DNA of 64,000 bases. Origin: Dinoroseobacter sp. (GTDB lineage Bacteria > Pseudomonadota > Alphaproteobacteria > Rhodobacterales > Rhodobacteraceae). Numbering within the stretch: the stretch's first letter is position 1; each line of letters opens with the position of its first letter. Location: contig OY829366.1 of assembly GCA_963691755.1 (NCBI GenBank), positions 622,534 through 686,533 on the forward strand, written 5' to 3'. The notes under the pieces were generated by a model. That model made no database searches and was not told where the DNA came from. It saw nothing but the letters and a program-made list of their open reading frames with translations. This document shows, one piece after another, positions 9,989 to 19,540 of this stretch. A program made the position numbers and the translations under genes.

Positions 9989-11446
9989 ATGAGTATTAAC
10001 GGCGCACTCAACAATGCCCTATCTGGGCTCGTCGCGGCTTCGCGTGCGGCTGAGGTTGTGTCTTCAAACATTTCAAACGCGTTGACGGAAGGATATGGTC
10101 GCCGCGAGCTCCGCTTGTCAGCCGTTTCGATGTCTGGTCATGGGGCAGGTGTGAGAGTTGATGGTATCCATCGTGCTACTGACATCGAATTGCTGACTGA
10201 TCGGCGCGTTGCGGACGCCGAATTTGGCAGTCGTGACAGCCTCAAGTCATTTTTCCTGTCGGTTGAAAAGAGCATCGGGCTGCCCGGAGAAGATGGTTCA
10301 CTGAGTTCGCGAGTGAATGAACTGGAGGCCAGCTTGATCGAGGCGACGAGCCGGCCGGATTCTCAGCCACGCCTCATGAGCGCCTTGCGAGCAGCCCAGG
10401 GCCTGAGCAATACGTTGAACCGTATCACAGATGATATTCAGGGTCTTCGCCAGGATGCAGACCGTGAGATTTCCGTGATGGTCTCAGATTTGAACACGAG
10501 ACTGGACAAGATTTCGGCTCTCAACCGTGACATCCGTCTACAGATCGGTTCAGGGCACAACGCTTCTGCTTTGATGGATCAGCGACAGGCCATGATCGAT
10601 AGCATTTCTGCCATCGTACCCATTCGCGAGATGCCCGGAGAACATGGGGAAATTGCACTAATCACGACAGGTGGCGCAATCTTGCTGGACGGTAAAGCCG
10701 CGAAGTTTGAGTTTGATGGTGTCGGGGTAATTACGCCGGATATGACGCGGCAGTCCGGATCCCTTGGTGCAATCTCGCTCAATGGAGAAGAGATCGACAC
10801 GCTGAAAGCGCATCACGCCCTGATGGGAGGCAAGCTGGACGCCTTGTTCCGAATTCGGGATACGCACGCGGTCAATCTGCAGGGATCTGTCGATGGCTTT
10901 GCGCGCGATCTGATGGAACGCTTTGAAGACCCAAATATTGATCCCACGCTTGGAGGTTCGGATCCTGCGCTTTTTACCGATAATGGGGGAAAGCTTGACA
11001 TAACCGACGAGATTGGACTGGCAGGACGGATATCGGTTTCTGGATTGGTTGATCCAGAAAAAGGTGGCGATCTTTGGCGATTGCGTGATGGCATCGGGGC
11101 GGCTGCGATTGGCGATGCCGGGGACGCTACGTTGCTTCGACGCTTGGCGGACGCACTCAGATCAGAACGCATTCCGTCGTCAGGTGGATTTATTGCAGCG
11201 ACGCGCTCGGCATCCGGCCTGTCATCTGATCTTCTTTCACGAGCAGGTGCTGGACGACAAAATGCGGAATTTGATCTTTCCTATGCTGCTGCAAGGCAAC
11301 AATCGCTACGCGTGGTTGAGCTTCAAAACGGCGTCGATTCGGATCACGAAATTCAACAGCTTCTAGTGGTGGAACAGGCTTATTCTGCCAACGCGCGCGT
11401 TGTCCGCGCCGTTGACGAGATGATCGAAGAATTGTTGGGATTATAA
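9989..11446 (+). CDS. flgK: Flagellar hook-associated protein 1, FlgK
   Basis: The N-terminus is MSINGALNNALSGLVAASRAAEVVSSNISNALTEGYGRRE. The C-terminus is LLVVEQAYSANARVVRAVDEMIEELL. It follows flgE. Confidence 0.9.
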   Translation: MSINGALNNALSGLVAASRAAEVVSSNISNALTEGYGRRELRLSAVSMSGHGAGVRVDGIHRATDIELLTDRRVADAEFGSRDSLKSFFLSVEKSIGLPGEDGSLSSRVNELEASLIEATSRPDSQPRLMSALRAAQGLSNTLNRITDDIQGLRQDADREISVMVSDLNTRLDKISALNRDIRLQIGSGHNASALMDQRQAMIDSISAIVPIREMPGEHGEIALITTGGAILLDGKAAKFEFDGVGVITPDMTRQSGSLGAISLNGEEIDTLKAHHALMGGKLDALFRIRDTHAVNLQGSVDGFARDLMERFEDPNIDPTLGGSDPALFTDNGGKLDITDEIGLAGRISVSGLVDPEKGGDLWRLRDGIGAAAIGDAGDATLLRRLADALRSERIPSSGGFIAATRSASGLSSDLLSRAGAGRQNAEFDLSYAAARQQSLRVVELQNGVDSDHEIQQLLVVEQAYSANARVVRAVDEMIEELLGL

Positions 11447-12456
11447 TGCAGTACACGTCAGTCGGGGATATCGCGTATAGCTTTTTGATGCGCGGACACA
11501 ACACACGCATCAAATCCGAGATCGGGGATTTAAGCCAAAGACTTGCGAGTGGGATGAAAACGGATGTGTCTAAGCATTTGCGCGGCGAATTCAGCGGACT
11601 CGCAGCGATAGAGCGATCCATTCGAAGTCTGGAAGCCCACCAAACAGCACAGCGAGAAACAACAACGCTGTTGGAAACCGCACAGGTAACACTTGGTTCA
11701 ATTCAGGATATAACGACTGAAATGGCACCGGCGCTTATTTCTGCGGGAAATTCATCTCATCCAGCCTTGTTGCAAAGCTTAGCTGCCGATGCAGAACAAA
11801 AGTTAGATAGCGTCGTTTCTGCGTTAAACGTACGGGTTGCTGACCGTGCAGTCTTTTCAGGTCGTTCAACCGACCGGGCAGCGTTACCCAGTGGTCGTGA
11901 AATCCTCGATGCCTTGTCTACGGATTTGGCAGGTGCTGCCACGCCGTTCGACTTGGCCAATCAGATCGATATCTGGTTCGACGATCCTGCTGGCGGTTTC
12001 GCAACAACAATCTACCAGGGCGCAGACGCGCCGATCGCACCTATCCCAGTATCAGATACAGAAGCAGTTGATTTCAGGCTAACCGCCAATGCGCCTGAAT
12101 TGCGTAATCTGCTGAAGTCGATTGCAAAGGCGGCTCTTGCGGTTGAATTGCCTCAACTCAGTGACACAAAGGATCAGGCAACGTTTTTGAAGTCTGCGGG
12201 TGAGGCTATGCTGACAACCCAGACAGATCTTGCCTTGTTGCGTGCGGATGTCGGGGCGCTGGAATCCTACAACGACATTGCAAAAACCCGCGCAAATACT
12301 TCGCTGTCGGCTTTTGAGATCGCACGGAGCGAGATTTACAAAGCTGATCCTTATGAAGTCGCCACAGCCTTGGAGTTGGCGCAAACCCAACTTGAGGCCG
12401 TCTACACCCTGACCGCGCGCATATCGCGCTTGTCCCTATCGGATTATTTGAGATGA
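11446..12456 (+). CDS. flgL: Flagellar hook-associated protein 3, FlgL
   Basis: The product is a 336-aa flagellin-like helical protein. Its start overlaps the flgK stop (TAATG). It holds the canonical flgK-flgL position. Confidence 0.75.
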   Translation: MQYTSVGDIAYSFLMRGHNTRIKSEIGDLSQRLASGMKTDVSKHLRGEFSGLAAIERSIRSLEAHQTAQRETTTLLETAQVTLGSIQDITTEMAPALISAGNSSHPALLQSLAADAEQKLDSVVSALNVRVADRAVFSGRSTDRAALPSGREILDALSTDLAGAATPFDLANQIDIWFDDPAGGFATTIYQGADAPIAPIPVSDTEAVDFRLTANAPELRNLLKSIAKAALAVELPQLSDTKDQATFLKSAGEAMLTTQTDLALLRADVGALESYNDIAKTRANTSLSAFEIARSEIYKADPYEVATALELAQTQLEAVYTLTARISRLSLSDYLR

Positions 12457-13553
12457 AAACGCTATTCCTTGCTTTCGTAGTTGTTCTGATTGCGAGCTTT
12501 GCAAACGCTGCCTCGGTTCGATTGAAGGATCTTGTCGAATTTGATGGGGTTCGGGGAAACGATCTTGTGGGGTATGGCTTGGTCGTCGGCTTGAACGGCA
12601 CAGGCGATGGGATCAGGAATGCACCTTTCACCGAAGAGATCATGTCCTCGATCCTTGAACGGTTGGGCGTCAACATCACCGGCGAGCAGATACGCCCCAA
12701 AAACGTCGCAGCTGTTATTGTGACTTCGGTTTTGCCGCCCTTTGCACGCGCAGGCTCACAAATTGATGTCACGGTATCTGCGATTGGCGACGCGCGAAGT
12801 CTTTTGGGTGGTACGCTTATCATGACACCTCTCAATGCTGCTGATGGCCAGATCTATGCCGTTGCCCAGGGGACGGTTCTTGCAGGTGGCGCGGAGGCGC
12901 AAGGGGATGGAGGCCGTGTCGTCAATGGCGTGCCGACCTCTGGGGCAATTCCGTCCGGGGCGCGTGTGGAACAAGAGGTTGATTTCGATTTTACCTCATT
13001 GGAAAGCTTGCGGCTGGCATTGCGGACACCTGATTTTACCACCGCCGCGAAGGTTGAGGCGTCCATTAATCGGGCCTTCCACCGACAAGTTGCGCGCATG
13101 TTGGATGCAGGAACAGTTCAAGTCGATGTTCATGCCACACACGCTGCATCTGCTGCACACGCCATCGGGATGATCGAGAACATCCTTGTTGAGCCGGAAA
13201 CACGCGCGCGTGTGGTTGTAGATCAGCGTTCTGGTACGATCGTGATGGGTGAAGATGTTCGCCTTAGCCGTGTTGCGGTATCCCAGGGGAATCTGACCCT
13301 ACGAATTGAAGAAGCGCCTGCTGTGGTTCAACCGAACCCCTTTGCACCGGGAACGTCGATCGTTGTGCCGCGTTCCAGTATCACTTTGGAGGAAGACAGA
13401 GGTCCAAGGCTTGCCGAGGTTGTTGGGGGCCCATCGCTGTCGGAGGTTATCGCAGGTCTGAATGCGTTAGGCGTATCACCACGCGATATGATTGACATAT
13501 TGAAGGCTGTTAACGCTGCTGGGGCTTTGCACGCAGAGTTTGTTGTCCAGTAG
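12453..13553 (+). CDS. flgI: Flagellar P-ring protein FlgI
   Basis: It has a signal peptide followed by RLKDLVEFDGVRGNDLVGYGLVVGLNGTGD. The C-terminus reads LNALGVSPRDMIDILKAVNAAGALHAEFV. Its start overlaps the flgL stop (ATGA). Confidence 0.95.
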   Translation: MKTLFLAFVVVLIASFANAASVRLKDLVEFDGVRGNDLVGYGLVVGLNGTGDGIRNAPFTEEIMSSILERLGVNITGEQIRPKNVAAVIVTSVLPPFARAGSQIDVTVSAIGDARSLLGGTLIMTPLNAADGQIYAVAQGTVLAGGAEAQGDGGRVVNGVPTSGAIPSGARVEQEVDFDFTSLESLRLALRTPDFTTAAKVEASINRAFHRQVARMLDAGTVQVDVHATHAASAAHAIGMIENILVEPETRARVVVDQRSGTIVMGEDVRLSRVAVSQGNLTLRIEEAPAVVQPNPFAPGTSIVVPRSSITLEEDRGPRLAEVVGGPSLSEVIAGLNALGVSPRDMIDILKAVNAAGALHAEFVVQ

Positions 13554-13574
13554 GTAGATAAGCGAGACCAAGCG

Positions 13575-14312
13575 TTACATGTAGCTGCGCAACAAGGCTT
13601 CTGACAAAAGCGTCCAGCCGTCTGCGACCACAAAGAAAGCCAGCTTGAATGGAAGTGCTACAACGGCTGGTGGCACCATCATCATGCCCATCGACATCAG
13701 AACTGCAGCGACAACGAGATCGATAATCAAAAACGGCAAGAAGATCAGGAACCCGATCTGGAATGCGCGCTCGATTTCACTCAGCAGGAATGATGGAATG
13801 AGCAATGAAAGCGGGGGCGTATCGGCGTTGATCAGTTCTGTCGCGCCAGTTTCGATCCGTAAATTTGCCAGATGCGAAAGCGTATCAGCATCCGTGCGCC
13901 CCAACATGAATACCCTGAACGGCTCCAGCGCACGTTCAAAGGCGATTTCTGGAACCAGCGTTCCTTCGACCATTGGCGCTATCCCGGTTTCCCAAGCGGT
14001 TCGGAACACGGGATCCATCACGAAGTAGGTCAGGAAGAGCGCCAAAGACACGATCAACATATTTGGTGGTGCCTGTTGTAGGCCAAGGCCTTGTCGAAGG
14101 ATTGATAGCACTGTCACGATAAATGGAAAGCAGGTCAGCATGATCGCAAGTCCCGGTGCAATGCTCAGGACAGTGATAAGCGCAATAAGCTGGATACTGC
14201 GGTTCGTAAGGCTGCCATCTTCGCCCAACGACAGCGTCAATTCCTGTGCTGAACCCATAATCGGCCAGCCAACAAAGGTCAGCAGAATGACAATTGAGAA
14301 TGCGCGCAGCAT
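13575..14312 (-). CDS. fliP: Flagellar export gate protein FliP
   Basis: The product is 245 aa with a signal sequence. It carries the conserved FliP segments ...IQLIALITVLSIAPGLAIMLTCFPFIVTVLSILRQGLGLQQAPPN... and IGFLIFLPFLIIDLVVAAVLMSMGMMM. Confidence 0.95.
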   Translation of the reverse strand: MLRAFSIVILLTFVGWPIMGSAQELTLSLGEDGSLTNRSIQLIALITVLSIAPGLAIMLTCFPFIVTVLSILRQGLGLQQAPPNMLIVSLALFLTYFVMDPVFRTAWETGIAPMVEGTLVPEIAFERALEPFRVFMLGRTDADTLSHLANLRIETGATELINADTPPLSLLIPSFLLSEIERAFQIGFLIFLPFLIIDLVVAAVLMSMGMMMVPPAVVALPFKLAFFVVADGWTLLSEALLRSYM

Positions 14313-14313
14313 C

Positions 14314-14622
14314 TCAGCCGCCTTGAAGCCCTGGAACGGAGGTTAATCTCACTGCCAATTGCGTGTTGCCGTCTTCGATCACCTCTTCGAGCACGCCGCG
14401 CGCGATCAATCGGTCACCCACAAGAATATCAACTGGATCTTCAATCGCTTTATCCAGCGGTACGACGCTGTCGGGTCGCATTGCGAGCAACTCGCTGATC
14501 GTTGGTTTGGCCTTGCCCACTGATACGGTGATCTCAACGGGCAGGTCTGAGAACAGGGCCGCGTCTCGTTCGATTGGGTTGGCCGAAGATGCGTCTGCGT
14601 TTGTTTTGATTTCATCCGACAT
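14314..14622 (-). CDS. fliN: Flagellar motor switch protein FliN
   Basis: The product is 102 aa with the SpoA/FliN domain (LPVEITVSVGKAKPTISELLAMRPDSVVPLDKAIEDPVDILVGDRLIARG). Confidence 0.9.
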   Translation of the reverse strand: MSDEIKTNADASSANPIERDAALFSDLPVEITVSVGKAKPTISELLAMRPDSVVPLDKAIEDPVDILVGDRLIARGVLEEVIEDGNTQLAVRLTSVPGLQGG

Positions 14623-15229
14623 TTGTCAGGTCCTCTTGCGTTTTGTGGGGCGCGAGCGCGTCAAACTGGGCCTCGACGAGGCGCCGTATTTCGGTTTGCA
14701 AGGCGGATACGTCGACCTCATGGGTTTCATGTCCGAGAACAAAGTCTGCTTGACCCGTCATCAGGCTGGGTTCCGGGCGAAGGGTTATGGGCAAACCGAA
14801 ATTTGCTTCAAGCAAGTTGCCCAGCATGTCGACATCCTCTGGTGAACAGCGCAAATCCAGTGTCGGCGTATCCATCTCGTCCTTCAGGGGTTCCAAAACA
14901 GCGATAAGCTGATCGGCGAGAGACGTGACCGCAAGTTTGGGAAACAGGCATTGAACAAATGCCGACACCAGCGGTGCGAGGGATTGACCGACCTGAACTT
15001 TTGCTTCGTGAAACGTGAAGGAAAGCTCTTGTAGGTTTCGTTCGAATTCCGCGCCGATCCGCGTTCGATCCTCGGTTGCTGCGGCTTGAGCATCGTCCCA
15101 ACCCGCCTTGTAGCCTTCATCATAGGTAGCAAGCCGATCGACCGCCTGATCCTCGCCAGAGGAGCTCTTTTCTGGTTTCTGTGGGGCCGATACTTTGTTT
15201 CCAAAGTCCTCTAAGTGCAGTTTAGACAT
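14612..15229 (-). CDS. fliH: FliH-like flagellar export ATPase regulator
   Basis: The product is about 205 aa and acidic. It has a DEGYKAGWDDAQAA motif typical of the FliH/YscL N-region. It sits between fliF and fliN, and its ATG shares one nt with the fliF stop (TGATG). The assignment is mostly positional. Confidence 0.55.
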   Translation of the reverse strand: MSKLHLEDFGNKVSAPQKPEKSSSGEDQAVDRLATYDEGYKAGWDDAQAAATEDRTRIGAEFERNLQELSFTFHEAKVQVGQSLAPLVSAFVQCLFPKLAVTSLADQLIAVLEPLKDEMDTPTLDLRCSPEDVDMLGNLLEANFGLPITLRPEPSLMTGQADFVLGHETHEVDVSALQTEIRRLVEAQFDALAPHKTQEDLTNVG

Positions 15230-16935
15230 CACCTCGCCGCCTCGTTGTCGCGATCATCGACCGTTTCCATCCAGCTTCTGAGGACTTCCAGAGTTTCCTG
15301 CTTACGATCAGTGATCAGGCTACGCAGTCTTGCAACTGCTTCGGCATCCACGGGGATCGGTGGGGGCGGTGGTAGTAGCGTTGGATCTGGAAACGCAAAC
15401 TCTCCTTCGGCCATTTCCGCCATTTCAATAGGCTGCGCTAACGGCATCTGACCGCCATTTTCTGACGTTGCGGATAGTGCCACGGGGGTTTGGGCGTCCT
15501 CGGCCATTGCGTTGGGGATTGACGACAAGTCGGTCAAACCCACAGGCTGGGTCTCGGTGTCAGTTACATCGAGAAGAGGTGCGGCAGAGGTTACATACCG
15601 CGGGCTAAGCAGCGCTGGTCGTATTACAAATAGCGACAAGATCAGGACGATAATCGCTGCGATGCCCAGTTGAATTAGTGACATTGCGTTGAGCTCGCCG
15701 ATGAACCCGAACCTGCCGTCGTCGATCAATAGATCGGGCAATACAGGTCTTTCAAAATGCAAGGATCTCAGGGTAATTGAATCCCCCCGATCTACATTGA
15801 ACCCAATGGCCGACGCGATGAGCGACTCCAAAGCATCAAGCTCGCTTTGAGGTCTTGGTTGCCAGGTGCCGGCGTCATCCGTCAAACCGTTTACCAGCAC
15901 CGCAACAGTCAGACGTTGGATGGCGCCAGGCTGCCGCAATATCTCGCGCGTTGTTTCCGACACCTCGTAATTTACAAGCTCTCGTGTTTCGCTGTCGCTT
16001 GTCTCGCTATTGCCGGCGTCTTCTGCGGCATCCCCGTCGGGCAAGTTGCTCGCAACTGTGACAGCACCCAACGCAGGAGCACTCGATTGGCTACGTCGCT
16101 CGGTTGTATCGGAGCTTATGGCGATCCGACTGTCAGGATCAAATCGTCGCTCAATGATGGTCTCCGATTGCGAAACCGTCTCCACGTTTACCTCAACGAC
16201 CGCGTTTCCTGCGCCTACATGGGCTTCAACCAGACGCAAAACATTCGAACGAAGTTCCGCTGCGCGATCCTGTGCGATCTGCCGTCCGTTGCCATCGTCT
16301 GTCGTGCTGACAATCTCACCTGTTGCACCATTGATAATTGTCACATGGTCGGCTGAAAGACCGGCAACGGCAGATGAAACGAGAAAGCGCAATGCGCGGG
16401 CCTGTTCTGTGGTGATGGTCTGGCCAGAAGGTGAGACATGGACCGAAGCGGCGATCTTTAAGTCGCGTTGAAATGGCCGCGCATCCTGGTTGGAGATATG
16501 TACGCGCGCGCTGCGAATTCCGGGACTCGCAAGCATGGTGCGTGCAAGTTCACCTTCTTTAGCGCGCCAATACGCAGCGTCGAACATCTGCGATGTCGTT
16601 CCGAAACCAGACAAAGAATCAAGGAGTTCATAGCCAGCGGGCCCATTGGCCGGAAGACCTTGCCCCGCCAACACCATTCGTAGCCTGTCCCGGTCCGCGC
16701 GGGGAACGCGAATGGTGCCTCCGGTAATCTGGTATGTCACACCTTGTTGATCTAGCGCGCTTACAACTTCGCCTGCTGCAGGCGGTTCCAAGCCAGTGTA
16801 CAAAAGGACATAGTCGGGGGCGACTGCAGTTCTGCCAATGAACAAAACGCCCAAGAAAACTGCAAGGGTGGAGCCTGCGATCAAAATCTGCCGGCGTAAG
16901 TCCAGATCGGTCCAAGTCGTCAGTATCTGCGTCAA
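15229..16935 (-). CDS. fliF: Flagellar M-ring protein FliF
   Basis: It has the YscJ/FliF family body (...GLEPPAAGEVVSALDQQGVTYQI...). It has a second TM segment (AMSLIQLGIAAIIVLILSLFVI). The ORF track start is 17001. I prefer TTG at 16935 (MTQILTTWTDLDLRRQILIAG...), which has AGGA 8 nt upstream. Confidence 0.9.
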   Translation of the reverse strand: MTQILTTWTDLDLRRQILIAGSTLAVFLGVLFIGRTAVAPDYVLLYTGLEPPAAGEVVSALDQQGVTYQITGGTIRVPRADRDRLRMVLAGQGLPANGPAGYELLDSLSGFGTTSQMFDAAYWRAKEGELARTMLASPGIRSARVHISNQDARPFQRDLKIAASVHVSPSGQTITTEQARALRFLVSSAVAGLSADHVTIINGATGEIVSTTDDGNGRQIAQDRAAELRSNVLRLVEAHVGAGNAVVEVNVETVSQSETIIERRFDPDSRIAISSDTTERRSQSSAPALGAVTVASNLPDGDAAEDAGNSETSDSETRELVNYEVSETTREILRQPGAIQRLTVAVLVNGLTDDAGTWQPRPQSELDALESLIASAIGFNVDRGDSITLRSLHFERPVLPDLLIDDGRFGFIGELNAMSLIQLGIAAIIVLILSLFVIRPALLSPRYVTSAAPLLDVTDTETQPVGLTDLSSIPNAMAEDAQTPVALSATSENGGQMPLAQPIEMAEMAEGEFAFPDPTLLPPPPPIPVDAEAVARLRSLITDRKQETLEVLRSWMETVDDRDNEAAR

Positions 16936-16994
16936 TTGTTGTCCTAGCTCGGTCCATTCTGGTCCTGTTGAAGTCGGACATTCGCGAATTGGTA

Positions 16995-17009
16995 TTAACA
17001 ATCGGTTAG
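16995..17009. promoter_or_regulatory. CtrA-box-like motif TTAA-N7-TTAG in the fliF/fliL divergent region
   Basis: TTAAcaatcggTTAG lies about 50 nt upstream of the fliL ATG and about 60 nt upstream of my preferred fliF start. This is a motif match only. Confidence 0.25.
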
Positions 17010-17057
17010 TTCGTTTCGCTTAAAACGCTGCCCATCGATCTTCTTTTGGAGTTTGGG

Positions 17058-17543
17058 ATGAGCGACGTAACCGCAGATCAGAGCGAGCCAGAACCAAGTT
17101 CAGGCAAGCGAATTTGGTTACTTGCTGCACTTGGCGCTTTGGTTTTGGGTGCAGGTGCGTTTTCTGCTTTGTATTTCGGATTGCTTTTTTCAGGGTCTGA
17201 ACCTGCAGAAGATGAAGGCGAGATATCCAAACCCGTGGGATTGGATATCGAATTCGTTCCGCTTGATAGTCTCGTTGTTTCCCTGGGACCCGGCGCCAAT
17301 GCTTCGCACCTTGTTGTGACCATGCAATTGGAGGTTTCAAAGGGTTACGTCAGCGAGGTCGAGTTTCTGAAACCCCGAATCGCAGATGTTTTGAACAGCT
17401 ACTTACGCGCATTGCAGCCAGAAGATATTGAGCAGACTGGGTCCTTGATACGATTACGAGCTCAGATGCTGCGGCGGGTTCAGATTATCGTTGGCGACGG
17501 CCGCATCCGTGATCTTCTCATTACCGAATTTGTCTTAAACTAG
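17058..17543 (+). CDS. fliL: Flagellar basal-body-associated protein FliL
   Basis: It has a single N-terminal TM segment (IWLLAALGALVLGAGAFSALYF). It has the FliL core (EFVPLDSLVVSL...HLVVTMQLEV...FLKPRIADVLNSYLR...IRDLLITEFVLN). ATG 17058 follows a TTGGAG motif. Confidence 0.85.
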   Translation: MSDVTADQSEPEPSSGKRIWLLAALGALVLGAGAFSALYFGLLFSGSEPAEDEGEISKPVGLDIEFVPLDSLVVSLGPGANASHLVVTMQLEVSKGYVSEVEFLKPRIADVLNSYLRALQPEDIEQTGSLIRLRAQMLRRVQIIVGDGRIRDLLITEFVLN

Positions 17544-18013
17544 TGGCCCTGATGATCGAATACATTGCTGATCTCTTGCTTGCGTCTGGTGCATTGGGCG
17601 CGTGTATCTATTGTGCTGTTTTATCGAAGAAGCTGACACGGTTTACGGATCTGGAACGCGGGATGGGGGGTGCAATTGCCGTCCTGTCTGTGCAAGTCGA
17701 TGATATGACAAAGGCGCTTTCCAAGGCACAGGTAACTGCAAAGGGATCCAGCGCAGATTTGAATGCTGTGATTTCACGAGCGGAAGAGGCTGCAGGGCAC
17801 TTGGAAATACTCCTCGCATCTATGCACGATCTTCCGGAAGCTTCCGAACAAAGCAAATCGACCCAAACTCCCGAACTGTTGGCAACACCACCTGCTTCGT
17901 CTGCAACATGGCGCTCAGAAGCACATTTGCGAGCTGAAGTGGAGAGTGAGATGGCAGAAGAACCAGGGCTACCTCAATGGCGCCGATCTACCCGTGCGGG
18001 AGGGGCTCAATGA
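17543..18013 (+). CDS. Hypothetical single-pass membrane protein in the fliL-motA operon
   Basis: GTG 17543 overlaps the fliL stop (TAGTG), and an alternative ATG lies at 17552. It has one N-terminal TM segment (IADLLLASGALGACIYCAVL), then a helical segment and a P/S/T/E-rich tail. I recognise no family. Confidence 0.5.
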   Translation: MALMIEYIADLLLASGALGACIYCAVLSKKLTRFTDLERGMGGAIAVLSVQVDDMTKALSKAQVTAKGSSADLNAVISRAEEAAGHLEILLASMHDLPEASEQSKSTQTPELLATPPASSATWRSEAHLRAEVESEMAEEPGLPQWRRSTRAGGAQ

Positions 18014-18600
18014 CGTCGCCTGCCCAGAGTGCTTCCCGAAATATCGGGGCGCGTCCGTTGATCATGATTGTGTTCTTTTTTGCGCTCAGCGGTGGTTTGC
18101 GTATCGCTCTTCTGGGAACTGAAGCGTTCGCCGCAGATGGGATAACTGGAAGCAATCAAGTGTCGCCCGCTGCTGCGATAGAACCCGACTCGCAGGGGAT
18201 TGCGGTTCTCATTGAGGATATTCAACAGCGAACAAAAGAACTGGACGAGCGAGAACGCCAGATTGAACAACGTTTGGCCCTTCTTACAGAGGCTGAAGCC
18301 GCGTTGCGTCGTGATCTTTCCCTAATTGAAGAGGCTGAAGCAAGGCTCCAGGCGGCCATAGACATCGCTGATGAGGCCGCAGCAGAAGATCTTAGACGCC
18401 TGATTGCTGTTTATGAAAGCATGAAATCAGCAGATGCGGCCGCCCTGTTCCAGGCGATGACACCTGAGTTTGCAGCGGGATTTCTCTCTGAAATGCGCGC
18501 TGAGGCCGCAGCATCTATCTTGTCAGAGGTCACACCAGAATTTGCCTTTGCCGTGAGCGTGATCATTGCCGGGCGCAATGCAGACATCGCGCTGGAGTGA
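18010..18600 (+). CDS. motE: MotE-like protein with an MgtE_N-like periplasmic domain
   Basis: ATG 18010 overlaps the upstream stop (ATGA). It has a signal/anchor (RPLIMIVFFFALSGGLRIALLGTEAFA). A coiled coil follows (KELDERERQIEQRLALLTEAEAALRRDL). The C-terminus (YESMKSADAAALFQAMTPEFAAGFLSEM) resembles MotE/FlbB-type proteins. Confidence 0.55.
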   Translation: MTSPAQSASRNIGARPLIMIVFFFALSGGLRIALLGTEAFAADGITGSNQVSPAAAIEPDSQGIAVLIEDIQQRTKELDERERQIEQRLALLTEAEAALRRDLSLIEEAEARLQAAIDIADEAAAEDLRRLIAVYESMKSADAAALFQAMTPEFAAGFLSEMRAEAAASILSEVTPEFAFAVSVIIAGRNADIALE

Positions 18601-18673
18601 CGGTTCTTTAAGCTTTTGCCGCCAGTACTCGTAGCGCCACCCAGGTTCTTTGGTGTGCGAAAGGATTGGTTAC

Positions 18674-19540
18674 ATGCTTGGCGCTGTTGGAATTGTCGTA
18701 ATTTTTGTAATGGTTTTCGGTGGCTATCTTGCTGCCGGCGGGAAGATGGAGATTATTCTCAAGTCTCTCCCTTATGAAATGATGATGATCGGTGGTGCCG
18801 CGACGGGTGCTTTCGCGATCAGCAATGATACCGAAAACCTGAAAGCAACCTTGAAGGATATTGGAAAAGTTTTTCGTGGGTCTCATTGGCACGAAAGCGA
18901 CTACGAAGACATGCTGTGCCTGCTTTATCAACTCATACGACTGGCGCGTGGCAATCCCGTAGATCTGGAAGAACACATCGAAAATCCGGAAGATTCTAAC
19001 ATTTTTCAAGCTTATCCAAGAATTCTTGCGGATACTGAGGCGACTGAACTGATCTGCGACACCTTTCGAAGCGCCTCGATGAATTACGACGATCCAAATC
19101 AGGTGGAAGAGGTACTTAACAAGCGCATCGAGGCGCAGTTCAAGCACGCCATGCACCCTACTCATGCGCTTCAGTCGGTTGCAGATGGTCTGCCAGCGCT
19201 TGGTATCGTGGCAGCAGTTTTGGGTGTGATCAAAACTATGGGATCCATTGATCAACCCCCCGAAATACTTGGAAAACTTATCGGTGGCGCGCTTGTCGGA
19301 ACCTTTCTGGGCGTGTTCCTAGCCTATGGGTTGGTCGGCCCTTTTGCGAACAAGATCAAAGCAGTTGTTGAGGAAGACGCGCATTTCTACGCGCTGATAC
19401 GCGAAGTGCTCGTGGCAAATCTTTATCAGCATTCTATCAATAATTGCATCGAAGTTGGTCGTCAGAACACACCTCGCCATGTCCGACCAACATTCACAGG
19501 CTTGGAACAAGCGCTGAAGGCTGCGCGCCAGGATTTCTAA
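18674..19540 (+). CDS. motA: Flagellar motor stator protein MotA
   Basis: The N-terminus is MLGAVGIVVIFVMVFGGYLAAGG. The C-terminal channel helices are LPALGIVAAVLGVIKTMGSI...GGALVGTFLGVFLAYGLVGPF. ATG 18674 follows an AAGGA motif. Confidence 0.93.
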   Translation: MLGAVGIVVIFVMVFGGYLAAGGKMEIILKSLPYEMMMIGGAATGAFAISNDTENLKATLKDIGKVFRGSHWHESDYEDMLCLLYQLIRLARGNPVDLEEHIENPEDSNIFQAYPRILADTEATELICDTFRSASMNYDDPNQVEEVLNKRIEAQFKHAMHPTHALQSVADGLPALGIVAAVLGVIKTMGSIDQPPEILGKLIGGALVGTFLGVFLAYGLVGPFANKIKAVVEEDAHFYALIREVLVANLYQHSINNCIEVGRQNTPRHVRPTFTGLEQALKAARQDF

